From positions 7,566,001 to 7,630,000 of the forward strand of contig CM075989.1 of NCBI GenBank assembly GCA_038087875.1: a DNA stretch of 64,000 bases, written 5' to 3'. The stretch comes from Malacoraja senta. Taxonomy: Eukaryota. Positions 13,054-24,960 of this stretch are shown one piece after another. Made by a program: the position numbers and the translations under genes. The notes beneath the pieces were generated by a model. It was not told where the DNA came from. It saw only the letters and a program-made list of their open reading frames with translations, and did no database searches. Position 1 is the stretch's first letter, and every line of letters starts with the position of its first letter.

Positions 13054-16000
13054 TCATGCTTGTAATAGGTCCAAAAACGTAGACCACGTCTTTTGAAATT
13101 GATCTGCTTTGCCTACTAGGAGGAATCTCATCTCTTCCAGATGTAATGTTTCCAACATATTTGATGTCCACATTTTTATTGTTGGTGTGGGCGCATTTTT
13201 CCAGAATTTAAGTATAAGCTTTTTTCCCATTATTAGCCCATAATTGAGTAAATTCTTCTGATACACGTTTAATTCAGGAATACCTTCCGATATTCCAAAA
13301 ATAATCCATTCTGGTTTTGGTACCAGTTTTATTTTGATTAATTTTGAAAAAATATCAAATATTTCAAACCAGAATTTTTGGATTTTTGTACAAAAAACAA
13401 AAGAATGTGCTATGGTAGCTTCTTGACATATACATTTATCACAGATTGGTGAGACGTTAGGAAAGATTTTATTTAGTTTGGTTTTTGAATAATATAATCT
13501 ATGTAATGTTTTAAATTGGATAAGCGTATGTCGTACGTTGATCGAGCATTTATGCACCTGTAATAAATGATTATCCCAACTCTCTTTTGAAATTTTTATA
13601 CCTAGATCTTGTTCCCAATCTCTTCTAATTCCATCTGTTGTGGGTATTTCTATATTTAAAATGATATTATATAAGTATGATATTAAATTAGCTGATTCCG
13701 CCTTTGTCTTCATTGCTTCATCTAGTAAGTCGGAAGGCATATTATAATAATCTTTTGTGTGTGTTTTCAAATAGTCACAGATTTGTATATATTTAAAATA
13801 TTGATTATTTTTCAAATTATATTTCAGTTGTAGTTGTTGGAATGATAGTAATTTTTCTAATTCATACAGATCTTCGAGCGTTTTAATTCCCATTCTTTCC
13901 CATTGTATAAATGCTTTATCTATGATTGAAGGTTTAAACGATGGGTTATTGACTATTGGTATTAAGAGAGATAGGTTTCTTAATTTTAGATTCTGTTTTA
14001 TTTGCTTCCATGTTCTAATAGTGCTATATATAATTGGATTTTTATTATAATTTTTATTATTCAAGTTTATTGGAGAGAGAATAATCGCTCCTATATTATT
14101 CGGGGAGCAATCCCCTTTTTCCATTATAATCCAGTCCACCTGCTGGGCAGAATTGTCCAGCAGGTGAATCATATTTTTAATATTTACTGCCCAGTTATAA
14201 TACATAAAGTTAGGGAGCGCTAGACCCCCCAACTCTTTTCGTTTGTTAAGGTGTGTTCTTTGTATTCTGTGGGATTTGTAATCCCATATAAAATTTGTAA
14301 TGTCTGAGTCCAGTTTTTTGAAAAACTTTTTTGGGAGATATATAGGTATTGATTGAAATAGGTAAAGGATTTGTGGTAAGAAAATCATTTTTATAGCATT
14401 TATCCTACCTATTAAGGACATCGGAAGTGTTTTCCAAAATTTAATCAGATTATTTAATTTCTTAAGTAGGGGATTATAATTAGCTTTAAACATATCATGG
14501 TAATTTCTAGTAATCTCAATTCCTAAATATTTGAATTTTTCCATAGCTATTTTAAAAGGGAATTTCCTGAGATGTGTTGAATCTTTTGGTTTAATCGACA
14601 TAATTTCACTTTTGTTCCAATTTATTCTATATCCTGAAAAGGATCCAAAGTCCTCAATTAAGTTTAATATATTTGGTATACTAATTTGTGGTTTTGTGAT
14701 GTACAGTAGTACATCATCAGCATATAGGGATAGTTTGTTGTTTGAATATTTTGTGTTATAACCGTGAATATTCGAGTGTGTTCTTATTTTTTCAGCCAGG
14801 GGTTCAATTACCAAAGCAAATAACAGCGGTGATAGTGAACATCCTTGTCTGTTGCCCCTAGATAATTCGAATTTTGAAGATAATATATTATTAGTTAGTA
14901 TTCTAGCCGTAGGTTTGTTATATAGTAGTTTTATCCATGCAATAAAGTTTTCTCCCAATTGGAATTTTTGCAATACTTTGATCATATAGTCCCATTCTAC
15001 TTGATCAAACGCTTTTTCTGCGTCCAGTGAGATGATAGCTAACTCTTGGTCATAAGATTTATGTGAATGCATTATGTTAAGCAAACGTCTCAAATTATTA
15101 AATGAGTGTCTCTTAGGTATAAATCCTGTTTGATCCTCATGTATTAGTCTACTAACATACTTGCTTAATCTATTGGCTAATGTTTTTGCTATTATTTTCT
15201 GATCCGTATTTAACAAAGCAATAGCTCTATATGATCCTGGTTCTTCTATATTTTTATCTTTTTTAAGTATTAATATGATCGTTGATTCCGCTAGTGTTTC
15301 AGGTAGGTTTTGCTCTTTATAAGCATATGTATACATTTTTTGTAATCGTGGAGTAACTATATCATAAAAAGATTTATAAAATTCATTACTGAATCCGTCT
15401 GGTCCTGGTGTTTTTCCATTTTTTAGTGTTTTTATTGTGTCTTCTATCTCCTTAGAAGTAATTTGTGCTCCCAGTTCCTCTTGTTCCCTGCGTTCTAATT
15501 GTGGTAGATTACAATTATCTAAAAATTCTGAGATTTTATTATTGTCTATTGACGTTTTAGATGTGTATAGATTCTGGTAAAATTGAGCAAATCTTTTATT
15601 AATATCCTTGGGTAGTGTTAATACTTCCCCTCTATCTGATTTAATCTTTAATATTGCATTCTCTTTTTCCCGTTTTTTAAGTTGTCGTGCTAGAAGTTTG
15701 TGGGGTTTATCCCCGAATTCGAAGTGTTCTTGTTTTGTGATTTGAAATAATGTTATAACTTTCTCTGACAGTAATTTATTTAACTGAAATTTCAGTAGTA
15801 GTATTTTATTATGTTTATCCATAGTTGGGTCTTTAGCATTATCTATATCTAACTGTTTTATTTGATCTTCTAAGTGTCTTTGTTCATTCTTATTCTTTTT
15901 ATTTTGATAAGCTTGAAATGAAATAATGACTCCTCTTATAAATGCTTTGAAGGATTCCCATAATAACGTGGGGGATATCTCTGGTGTATCATTTAACTCA

Positions 16001-16854
16001 AAAAATAGATCCATCTGTTTTTTTAGATAGATACTCCCTTGAGGGTCTTTTAAAATTTGTGAGTTAAACCTCCAGAACGGTTTATTCATAGACATTCCTT
16101 CTAGTTTTAGAACAAAAGTTAACGGGGAATGATCTGAGATCGCATTAATATGATATTTAGGATTCAAAGATTGCGAGATTAATTTTGTATCCACTAGAAA
16201 ATAGTCTATCCGTGAATATGTTTTATGCACCATTGAATAAAACGAGTAATCCCTTCCCGTCGGGTTTGCAATCCTCCATACATCTGTTATATTTGTGTTT
16301 TCCATATATGTGTGTAAGAGTTCACTGGTTTTAGATTTCGTCTGACCTTTTTGTTTTTGCATCGATTTATCTAAATAAGGATCTAAAACACAATTAAAAT
16401 CTCCTCCGATTATAACATTTTGATAATTAGATTCTGCAATTATATTCAGAATTTTATTAAAAAATTGAGGGTTATCAAAGTTGGGCGCATATATGTTTAC
16501 CAGCGTGATTGGCATATTATTGATCTCCCCTGCTACTATAAGATATCTCCCTTCCTTATCTAAAATAGTGTTCTTTGATTTAAATGGAATTCCTTTACGA
16601 ATAATAATTGCAGTACCTCTAGATTTAGAGGTAAATGAAGAGTGAAATGTTTGGCCTATCCAGTTCGCCCTCAGTCTTGTCTGATCTTGCTGTTTAAGAT
16701 GTGTTTCCTGTAGAAACGCTATGTCCGTGTTGTATGATTTCAACTGAGCTAGTATCTTGCCCCTTTTAATAGGTTCATTAATCCCCCTTATATTCCAACT
16801 ACATAATGTGATTCCTCCTATTTTCTTTTGATTGTCGTCATGCATTTTTACCAA
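13054..16854 (-). CDS. L1 ORF2p: APE endonuclease + reverse transcriptase + C-terminal Cys/His motif (1266 aa)
   Basis: SWNIRG, LQETH, GGDFN, SRIDYF, SDH (APE); PGPDGF, LDAEKAFD, RQGCSLSP, YADD (RT); CDKC-x7-H-x4-C; uninterrupted ORF. Confidence 0.97.
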   Translation of the reverse strand: MVKMHDDNQKKIGGITLCSWNIRGINEPIKRGKILAQLKSYNTDIAFLQETHLKQQDQTRLRANWIGQTFHSSFTSKSRGTAIIIRKGIPFKSKNTILDKEGRYLIVAGEINNMPITLVNIYAPNFDNPQFFNKILNIIAESNYQNVIIGGDFNCVLDPYLDKSMQKQKGQTKSKTSELLHTYMENTNITDVWRIANPTGRDYSFYSMVHKTYSRIDYFLVDTKLISQSLNPKYHINAISDHSPLTFVLKLEGMSMNKPFWRFNSQILKDPQGSIYLKKQMDLFFELNDTPEISPTLLWESFKAFIRGVIISFQAYQNKKNKNEQRHLEDQIKQLDIDNAKDPTMDKHNKILLLKFQLNKLLSEKVITLFQITKQEHFEFGDKPHKLLARQLKKREKENAILKIKSDRGEVLTLPKDINKRFAQFYQNLYTSKTSIDNNKISEFLDNCNLPQLERREQEELGAQITSKEIEDTIKTLKNGKTPGPDGFSNEFYKSFYDIVTPRLQKMYTYAYKEQNLPETLAESTIILILKKDKNIEEPGSYRAIALLNTDQKIIAKTLANRLSKYVSRLIHEDQTGFIPKRHSFNNLRRLLNIMHSHKSYDQELAIISLDAEKAFDQVEWDYMIKVLQKFQLGENFIAWIKLLYNKPTARILTNNILSSKFELSRGNRQGCSLSPLLFALVIEPLAEKIRTHSNIHGYNTKYSNNKLSLYADDVLLYITKPQISIPNILNLIEDFGSFSGYRINWNKSEIMSIKPKDSTHLRKFPFKIAMEKFKYLGIEITRNYHDMFKANYNPLLKKLNNLIKFWKTLPMSLIGRINAIKMIFLPQILYLFQSIPIYLPKKFFKKLDSDITNFIWDYKSHRIQRTHLNKRKELGGLALPNFMYYNWAVNIKNMIHLLDNSAQQVDWIIMEKGDCSPNNIGAIILSPINLNNKNYNKNPIIYSTIRTWKQIKQNLKLRNLSLLIPIVNNPSFKPSIIDKAFIQWERMGIKTLEDLYELEKLLSFQQLQLKYNLKNNQYFKYIQICDYLKTHTKDYYNMPSDLLDEAMKTKAESANLISYLYNIILNIEIPTTDGIRRDWEQDLGIKISKESWDNHLLQVHKCSINVRHTLIQFKTLHRLYYSKTKLNKIFPNVSPICDKCICQEATIAHSFVFCTKIQKFWFEIFDIFSKLIKIKLVPKPEWIIFGISEGIPELNVYQKNLLNYGLIMGKKLILKFWKNAPTPTIKMWTSNMLETLHLEEMRFLLVGKADQFQKTWSTFLDLLQA

Positions 16855-18064
16855 TTTTAATGACCTTAATTATTGTGGTGCGTTCATACCTCCGGACTCT
16901 GGTTATTTTGGGAGTATTTCTATTATAGACTTCCTTGGTAGTTCTCCTGCGCGATTGTCCTTGAAGAAAAAACACACAGATGTGACATATTGTGATTAAA
17001 AAAAAATATATATATAAATCAAATAAATTTACGGTGTCTAAAATTTCAACACCGTAGTGAGTGGCCCACTCGTCTGTGGGGTACGACATCCATAACGCTT
17101 CCGGCGTAGTTGGTATAAAGTTAGCCCCGCTGTATTTCTTACCCAAAATCTATGGGGTCATTACCGTTTCCAATTCAGTTCTATTTCACCCAGTTACAAT
17201 TTATATATATGTCAAATGTATTCGATTCCATATCCTACTCACTCTTTATCTCTTAACTATTTTAAAATGAATTTAGTATTGTTAAAGTGAGCGGTTTACT
17301 GAGTGGATTAACCGGAGTCAGGTTCCTGGAATTGTGCCAGGTGCCTGATCTCTTCTCCTCTCCACGAGCTGCGAACATAGGTGATAACTGCTGTCTGCGT
17401 TATGACGCAGGCACCACAGTTTTATCAGTTTCAAATATTATTTCTATATTAGTATTGTTAATTATTAATTATGATTAATTCTCAGCATTTTGTAAAACTA
17501 TATAAGCCGTATATATTTTTCATATCAACCTCGAGTGTATATTATCTCTTAACTATTTTAAATTGATTTTAATATTGTTAAAAATGAGCTGTTCGCTGGA
17601 AGGGTTAACGGGAGTCTGGCTCCTGGAGTTATGCCAGGTACCCGGTCTCCCCCTCCCTCCACTCTCGAGCTGCATAGCACTTGCTGTTATCTGCTAAACA
17701 GAGCAGACTGCACATTTTTTATCTATTTCAATTGCTATTTCTATATTAGTATTGTTAATTGTTAATTATTATTAGTTCTCAGTTTTTTCAGTTTTTTATA
17801 AACAATATAAGCCATGTGATGTTTTTCACTCTCAGCCCAGCAGTTCGTCCCGTTATCAGGTTTTCCTCGTTTGAGCACGTAGTGTCCTTGAATTACATAG
17901 CACAATGTTCCAGCGAAGATAATAATGTCTAGCCACGTCTCACTAAGAATCTGTTGCTTGAAGTCAAATAAAAAATAAAAAATCAGTGTTCAGTTAATTC
18001 ACTTTCCTTGTAATATTCTTGTTGGAAGAATAAGCAAGTTCATTTGTTCATGTCGTCTTGGTTT

Positions 18065-19060
18065 TCAGTCTCCAGTTGATGCAGCCTTAGTCGCGATTTC
18101 TTGAGCGTATTTGAGAGATTCATCCGAATTAGTGAATGTTTTTGACACTCCCTCAAAGGTGATACGCATTCTAGCCGGGTAAAACACTCCACACAAAACT
18201 CCCTTAACACCATAAAGAACTTCTCTGGTCTGTGAGAACTTTCTTCTCTTTTGCTCAATCTCATAAGGGTAGTCCCGTAGGAGTTTAATAGTATCACCTC
18301 TGTACATCATCTTCTCTCCGTGGTTGATTTTTTTCATCAGCGCTTCCATTGTTGAGATATCCCGAAGTTTAATTATGATCTGTCGTGGGTAGGCACGTTC
18401 TCCTTGAGATCTTGATTTAAATCTGGGGAGTCGATGTGCTACTTCAATTACAGGTACTTCTGGTAGCTTCAGTACGTGTTTAATTAGGTTGGCAGCGAAC
18501 TCACAAACATTGTCCCCCTCAGCTCCCTCTTTTACACCACGTATTCTTATATTTTGACGTCTTGAGCGAGCTTCTAGGTCAACACATTTATTCGAAACCT
18601 TTGTGACTTGGTTCTTGAGACTATCTATTTCTGACTTCATAGTCTGCATCTCTCCAGCCATCACTTCCACAGCAGCTTCCAAATCTTTCACTGCAGATGC
18701 ATTTGCAGCCACAGTTTCGTGCACAGCCTCAAACATCTTTGTGGTCTCTTCTACCACCTTTTCAATTTTTATCGATAGTCCTTTTTCCACACCTTCAATT
18801 CTTTTTTGGAGAGCCTCAATACCCTCAAGTATTTTATCATTACCGGCTATCAATTTACTGTTCCCAGCTTCCATATCCTTTTTGATATCTCTTACCGAGT
18901 TTCTTAAGTCCTCCATTTCGGTTTTCTCTTTTGCAGATCGAGTAGCCATTGCAGAGACCTCTCCAGAGGTCAGTTCTGAAGTTTCTTGCTGTTCCAGAGT
19001 CTTCAGCAGATGTTTTGAGATTTTCCTCTGTGGGCTCTGACCTGGAGATGTACTTTTCAT
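18065..19060 (-). CDS. L1 ORF1p (coiled coil + RRM/CTD, 331 aa)
   Basis: Heptad-rich N-terminal half followed by DLEARSRRQNIRIRGVKEG, AHR and YPARMRI motifs typical of L1 ORF1p; lies upstream of ORF2. Confidence 0.93.
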   Translation of the reverse strand: MKSTSPGQSPQRKISKHLLKTLEQQETSELTSGEVSAMATRSAKEKTEMEDLRNSVRDIKKDMEAGNSKLIAGNDKILEGIEALQKRIEGVEKGLSIKIEKVVEETTKMFEAVHETVAANASAVKDLEAAVEVMAGEMQTMKSEIDSLKNQVTKVSNKCVDLEARSRRQNIRIRGVKEGAEGDNVCEFAANLIKHVLKLPEVPVIEVAHRLPRFKSRSQGERAYPRQIIIKLRDISTMEALMKKINHGEKMMYRGDTIKLLRDYPYEIEQKRRKFSQTREVLYGVKGVLCGVFYPARMRITFEGVSKTFTNSDESLKYAQEIATKAASTGD

Positions 19061-19252
19061 TTAAAATGACTTTCCCTCCGTTAAAATCGCGGCGCTTACT
19101 GATGACGTCATCAGCACCGCGACATGAAGCTCCGGTAAGTTTTTAAAAACGGTCCCGACCTCCAGACCCGATTTTAACGCGAAAAATCGCGATTTTTTCA
19201 GCGGAGCTAAAAAGTTTGCGACTGCTAGCAGAGCATGTCGCAACCGGAAGTC
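19061..19252 (-). promoter_or_regulatory. L1 5'UTR / internal promoter with CRE and ETS-type motifs
   Basis: CpG-dense; perfect 16-bp palindrome CTGATGACGTCATCAG (19099-19114) containing TGACGTCA; CCGGAAGT at 19244-51. Confidence 0.6.
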
Positions 19253-19261
19253 GCTCTCTGC

Positions 19262-20345
19262 AATTTCCTGTGGTCTTGGGTAGAGCTGCCTCAGCCACTG
19301 AGTTTCTACAGCATTTTGTGTTCCCAAACCAAGCTGTGATACAGCCCGACAGTATGCTTTCTATGATGTAGAAGTTCGTAAGAGTCACTGGAGACAGGCC
19401 AAATTTCCTCGGGAAGTAGAGGTGTTAGTGTGCCACCTTGGCTGTTGAATCAATATGGTTGCTTCTTGACAGATCATTGGTAATATTAACATGAAGCAAC
19501 TTAAAGCTCTCAACCTTTTCAATTTCTGGTTGATTCCGATTGGGGCACGAACTTCATCACACTTCCTGAAATCAATGACTAGCACCATTGTCCTGCTGAC
19601 ATTGATGGGAAGGTTATTGTGCTGACACCATGTCACTAAGTTCTCTATTTCCTCCCTGTACTCTGTCTCATCATTAATCGTGATCCGGCCCATTTTGTGG
19701 TATCATCTGAAAACGTGTACATGGAGTTAGAACAGAACTTGGCCGCACAGTCGTGAGTATATAGGGAGTTTACTAAGGGGCTGAGATGGCACCAGTGTTG
19801 ATAATTATTACGGAGAAGGTGTCACGTCCTCACTGATTGGTGTCTGTGGTTCAGAAAGTTGAGGATCCAGTGGCAGAGGGGGTAGCTGATTCCTGGGTCC
19901 TGAGGTTTGGAAGTGAGTTTCGATGAGATGATGTTGTTGAATACTGAGCAACAGTCAATAAGCAGGAGTCTGACGTTGAGCACTTGTTGTCCAGGTGTTC
20001 CAGAGATGAGGCTAGGGGCATCATCCGCTGTGGACCTGTTGCGACAGTAAGTAAACTGCAGTAAATCCAGACTGGCTGTGAGACTGGAGTTAATGTGCAC
20101 CTTCACCAGTCTCGAAGCAGTCTCATGGAGGTGGATGTCAGAGCCACTGGACTGTCGTCTTGTGGCACCTGGATGATAATGGTCTTTTTTGAAACAGGTG
20201 GGGGCCACAGAATGGAGAAGTGATAGGTTTAAGATGTCTGTGAATACCTCTGCCAGCTGGTCTGCGCAGGTCTTGAGGACATGGCCAGAGACTCCATTTG
20301 GACCAGCTGCTTTCTGTGGAATTGATCTGCGTGAAATGTCTTCTT
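19262..20345 (-). mobile_element. Decayed Rex1/Babar-type non-LTR RT fragment
   Basis: Broken frames give GRITINDETEYREEIENLVTWCQHNNLPINVSRTMVLVIDFRK and [15 protein letters not shown]...[15 protein letters not shown]...LCHWILNFL, typical of Rex1 RT. Confidence 0.8.
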
Positions 20346-21462
20346 AAATGTCTGCGTGAAATGTCTGTGTCACCACGATGTTGTCATCGCTGTGCCATTA
20401 ATCCCTCTGGTACTTCTTCCTCACTGATACAAATTTCCATTGGTTCCTGGTTCCCCAGCATTCCTGGAAAGTTTCTTACGTGCTCTTTTGTGACGACGGA
20501 AATGAAGGATTAATTTAATTTGTTCTATCACTTCCTTCTACTGTTATTTCTCATGGGTAATTACGGGAGCACAAAGGCAGAGCTAGCTAAAGTGAACTGG
20601 CAACCTGCGTTAAAACTTCAATCTGTTGAGGTCTTTTAAGAAGACTTTTAACCACCACATAAAGAAAGATGCATGACAATGAGAAAGAAAGGTTCCAAGA
20701 GCGAGAAATTTGGGTGGGGAAGTGGGAAAGTTCCAAGTGTGGGGTGGTTAACTGAGGAAGCGCAAACTTACTGCATACATTTGTGCAAAGGCAGGTGGCA
20801 GGTCAGAAGTTGGGCAGAATATTAAAAAATGCAAAGAATTATTAAAAGATTAACTTGAAATGGAGCAAGAGACAAAGCCAGCCAGAATTCAACAAACAGA
20901 TAGAAATTTCTCTTGCTATTTCAAGGAAGAAAGAATCTCAAAAGAACTTGGGGTCCTGTTACAGAGGACATTTCTTTCCTCTTTTGGTGGTCTAGAGCAA
21001 GGAATTGCTGTTTAAATAAAATAAAGGGTTCTCTATTTATGACACATGAGAAGGCATTTTGTTTCTTTGTCAGTGTGATCAGTCTTTGAAACTCTCCACT
21101 CCACCGTCCTTGATTTTTAAAGCAGAGATGGATAGATTCTTGATGAGCAAGGGGTGAAGGATTAGGGTGGGGAGATGAGGTGGGTCAGCCATGATGTTTA
21201 GTGGTGGAGCTGGCTGCAGAGACTGCTTCCTGCTCCAACCTTTCTTTCCAATGTATGACTGTCTGTCTGATTAGCGTGACTCTGGGCAAAGAATAGAAAC
21301 TTGCAAAATTACCCCCTTTAAATTTGTCTACTCGATAATCATGTGTGTTTGGGCCTCATTGCTTTGCATCCATCTGCTCCATGACCCATTTATTCACATT
21401 TAAGATGGTGCGCACTGTCTGCTGTTTACACTAGAATTCCCCATGTTTCCAACCTGTCTCCA

Positions 21463-21764
21463 TTTAGTTTAGTTTAGAGATATAGCGCGAAAACAGGCCC
21501 TTCGGCCCACTGAGTCCGAATCGACCAGCAACATTAACATTACCCTACACACACTAGGGACAATTTTCACTTACACCACGCCAATTAACCTACAAATCTG
21601 TACGTCTTTGGAGTGTGGGAGGAAAGCGAAGATCTCGGAGAAATCCCATGCGACCACGGGGAGAACGTAGAAACTCCATACAGACGGCACCCGTAGTCGG
21701 GATCGAACCTGGGTGTCTGGCACTGTGAGGCAGCAACACTACCGCTGCGCAACCGTGCCACCCT
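21463..21764 (-). mobile_element. HE1-like SINE
   Basis: Full-length reverse-complement match. Confidence 0.9.
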
Positions 21765-21879
21765 AATGAGCCCGATTAGCCGGGGGTAGCCACGAGTCCG
21801 TGTGCCTGTTATACCTACTCAAGGAGGCTTTGAGAATATCCCCTTGTCCAACTGGGAATCTCTTGCTGTGACAGAGTAT

Positions 21880-24800
21880 AGATACATAGAAAATAGGTGC
21901 AGGAGTAGGCCATTCGGCCCTTCGAGCCTGCACCGCCATTCAATATGATCATGGCTGATCATCCAACTCAGTATCCCGTACCTGCCTTCTCTCCATACCC
22001 CCTGATCCCCTTAGCCACAAGGGCCACATCTAACTCCCTCTTAAATATAGCCAATGAACTGGCCTTAACTACCCTCTGTGGCAGCGAGTTCCAGAGATTC
22101 ACCACTCTCTGTGTGAAAAAGTTTTTCCTCATCTCGGTCTTAAAGGATTTCCCCCTTATCCTTAAGCTGTGACCCCTTGTCCTGGACTTCCCCAACATCG
22201 GGAACAATCTTCCTGCATCTAGCCTGTCCAACCCCATAAGAATTTTGTACGTTTCTATAAGATTCCCTCTCAATCTCCTAAATTCTAGCGAGTATAAGCC
22301 AAGTCTATCCAGTCTTTCTTCATATGAAAGTCCTGACATCCCAGGAATCAGTCTGGTGAACCTTCTCTGCACTCCCTCTATGGCTATAATGTCCTTCCTC
22401 AGATTTGGAGACCAAAACTGTACGCAATACTCCAGGTGTGGTCTCACCAAGACCCTGTACAACTGCAGTAGAACCTCCCTGCTCCTATACTCAAATCCTC
22501 TTGCTATGAAAGCCAACATACCATTCACTTTCTTCACTGCCTGCTGCACCTGCATGCCTACTTTCAATGACTGGTGTACCATGACACCCAGGTCTCACTG
22601 CATCTCCCCATTTCCTAATCGGCCACCATTTAGATAATAGTCTGCCTTCCCGTTTTTGCCACCAAAGTGGATAACCTCACATTTATCCACATTATACTGC
22701 ATCTGCCAAACATTTGCCCACTCACCGAGCCTATCCAAGTCACCTTGCAGTCTCCTAGCATCCTCCTCACAGCTAACACTGCCCCCCAGCTTAGTGTCAT
22801 CCGCAAACTTGGAGATGTTGCTTTCAATTCCCTCATCCAGATCATTAATATAAATTGTAAATAGCTGGGGTCCCAGCACTGAGCCTTGCGGTACCCCACT
22901 AGTCACTGCCTGCCATTGTGAAAATGACCCGTTTACTCCTACTCTTTGCTTCCTGTTTGCCAGCCAGTTCTCTATCCACATCAATACTGAACCCCCAATA
23001 CCGTGTGATTTAAGTTTGTATCCTAATCTCTTATGTGGTACCTTGTCGAAAGCCTTCTGAAAGTCCAGATACAACACATCCACTGGTTCTCCCCTATCCA
23101 CTCTACTCGTTACATTCTCGAAAAATTCTATAAGATTCGTCAGACACGATTTACCTTTCGTAAATCCATGCTGACTTTGTCCAATGATTTCACCACTTTC
23201 CAAATGTGCTGCTATCCCATCTTTAATAACTGACTCTAGCAGTTTCCCCACTACCGATGTTAGACTAACTGGTCTGTAATTCCCCGTTTTCTCTCTCCCT
23301 CCCTTCTTAAAAAGTGGGGTTACGTTTGCTACCCTCCAATCCTCAGGAACTACTCCAGAATCTAAAGAGTTTTGAAAAATTATCACTAATGCTTCCACTA
23401 TTTCTGGAGCTACTTCCTTAAGTACTCTGGGATGCAGCCTATCTGACCCTGGTGATTTATCGGCCTTTAATCCATTCAATTTACCCAACACCACTTCCCG
23501 ACTAACCTGGATTTCACTCAGTTCCTCCATCTCCTTTGACCCGCGGCCCCCTGCTATTTCCGGCAGATTATTTATGTCTTCCTTAGTGAAGACGGAACCA
23601 AAGTAGTTATTCAATTGGTCCGCCATATCCTTGTTCCCCATGATCAATTCACCTGTTTCTGACTGCAAGGGACCTACATTTGTTTTAACTAATCTCTTTC
23701 TCTTCACGTATCTATAAAAACTTTTGCAGTCAGTTTTTATGTTCCCTGCCAGTTTCCTTTCATAATCTATTTTCCCTTTCCTAATTAAGCCCTTTGTCCT
23801 CCTGGTCTCTGAATTTCTCCCAGTCCTCTGGTATGCTGCTTTTTCTGGCTAATTTGTACGCATCATCTTTTGCTTTGATACTATCCCTGATTTCCCTTGT
23901 TATCCACGGATGCGCTACCTTCCCTGATTTATTCTTTTGCCAAACTGGGATGAACAATTTTTGTAGTTCATCCATGCAGTCTTTAAATGCCTTCCATTGC
24001 ATATCCACCGTCAACCCTTTTAGAACTAATTGCCAGTCAATCTTGGCCAATTCACGTCTCGTACCCTCAAAGTTACCTTTCTTTAAGTTCAGAACCGTTG
24101 TTTCTGAATTAACAATGTCACTCTCCATCCTAATGAAGAACTCAACCATATTATGGTCACTCTTGCCCAAGGGGGCATGCACAACAAGACTGCTAACTAA
24201 CCCTTCCTCATTATTCAATACCTAGTCTAGAATAGCCTGCTCTCTCGTTGGTTCCTCTACATGTTGGTTTAGATAACTATCCCGCATACATTCCAAGAAA
24301 TCCTCTTCCTCAGCACCCCTGCCAATTTGATTCACCCAATCTATATGTAGATTGAAGTCACCCATTATAACTGTTTTGCCTTTGTTGCACGCATTTCTAA
24401 TTTTGTTTGATGCCATCCCCAACTTCACTACTACTGCTAGGTGGCCTGTACACAACACCCACCAGCGTTTTCTGCCCCTTAGTGTTTCGCAGCTCTACCC
24501 ATACCGATTCCACATCCTCCAAGCTAATGTCCTTCCTTTCCACTGCGTTAATCTCCTCTCTAACCAGCAACGCTACCCCACCTCCTTTTCCTTTCTCTCT
24601 ATCCCTCCTGAATATTGAATATCCCTGGATGTTCAGCTCCCAGCCTTGGTCACCCTGGAGCCATGTCTCCGTGATCCCAACTATATCATAATCATTAATT
24701 GCTATCTGCACGTTCAACTCATCCACCTTATTACGAATGCTCCTTGCATTGAGACACAAAGACTTCAGGCTTGTTTTTACAACGCTCTTACCCCTTATAC

Positions 24801-24960
24801 AATTATGTTGAAAAGTGGCCCTTTTTGATTTTTGCCCTGGATTTGTCTGCCTGCCACTTTTACTTTTCACCTTGCTACCTATTGCTTCCGCCCGCATTTT
24901 ACACCCCTCTGTTTCTCTGCTCACCCATTTAAGAACCCCACCACCTCTTATTCTCTGTTT
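21880..24960 (-). mobile_element. CR1 LINE, 5'-truncated, near-complete ORF2 broken by a few frameshifts
   Basis: APE (CLNARSIRNK, GITETW, MGDFN, SDHN) and RT (NYRPVSLTS, LDFQKAFDKV, GVPQGSVLGP, KFADD) across ORFs 24397-25032, 24222-24458, 23781-24218, 22595-23707 and 21968-22582; CR1 3'UTR and microsatellite tail at ~21880. Confidence 0.95.

Larger units (their letters stand above)
12644..19252 (-). mobile_element. Full-length L1 (LINE-1 clade) retrotransposon, apparently intact
   Basis: Poly(A) tail (T run 12644-12662), AATAAA (12668-73, minus strand), intact ORF2 and ORF1, CpG-rich ~190-bp 5'UTR starting GACTTCCGG. Only a weak possible TSD (TCTCT at 12640-44 and 19255-59). Confidence 0.95.

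Noticed and set aside
17285..17715. Twister or HDV ribozyme in the L1 spacer repeats
   Set aside because: Diagnostic conserved cores and pseudoknots could not be found by eye; kept only as unspecified structured RNA.
18603..19040. Antisense ORF in L1 (ORF0-like)
   Set aside because: Shadow of ORF1 codon structure with a non-ATG start.
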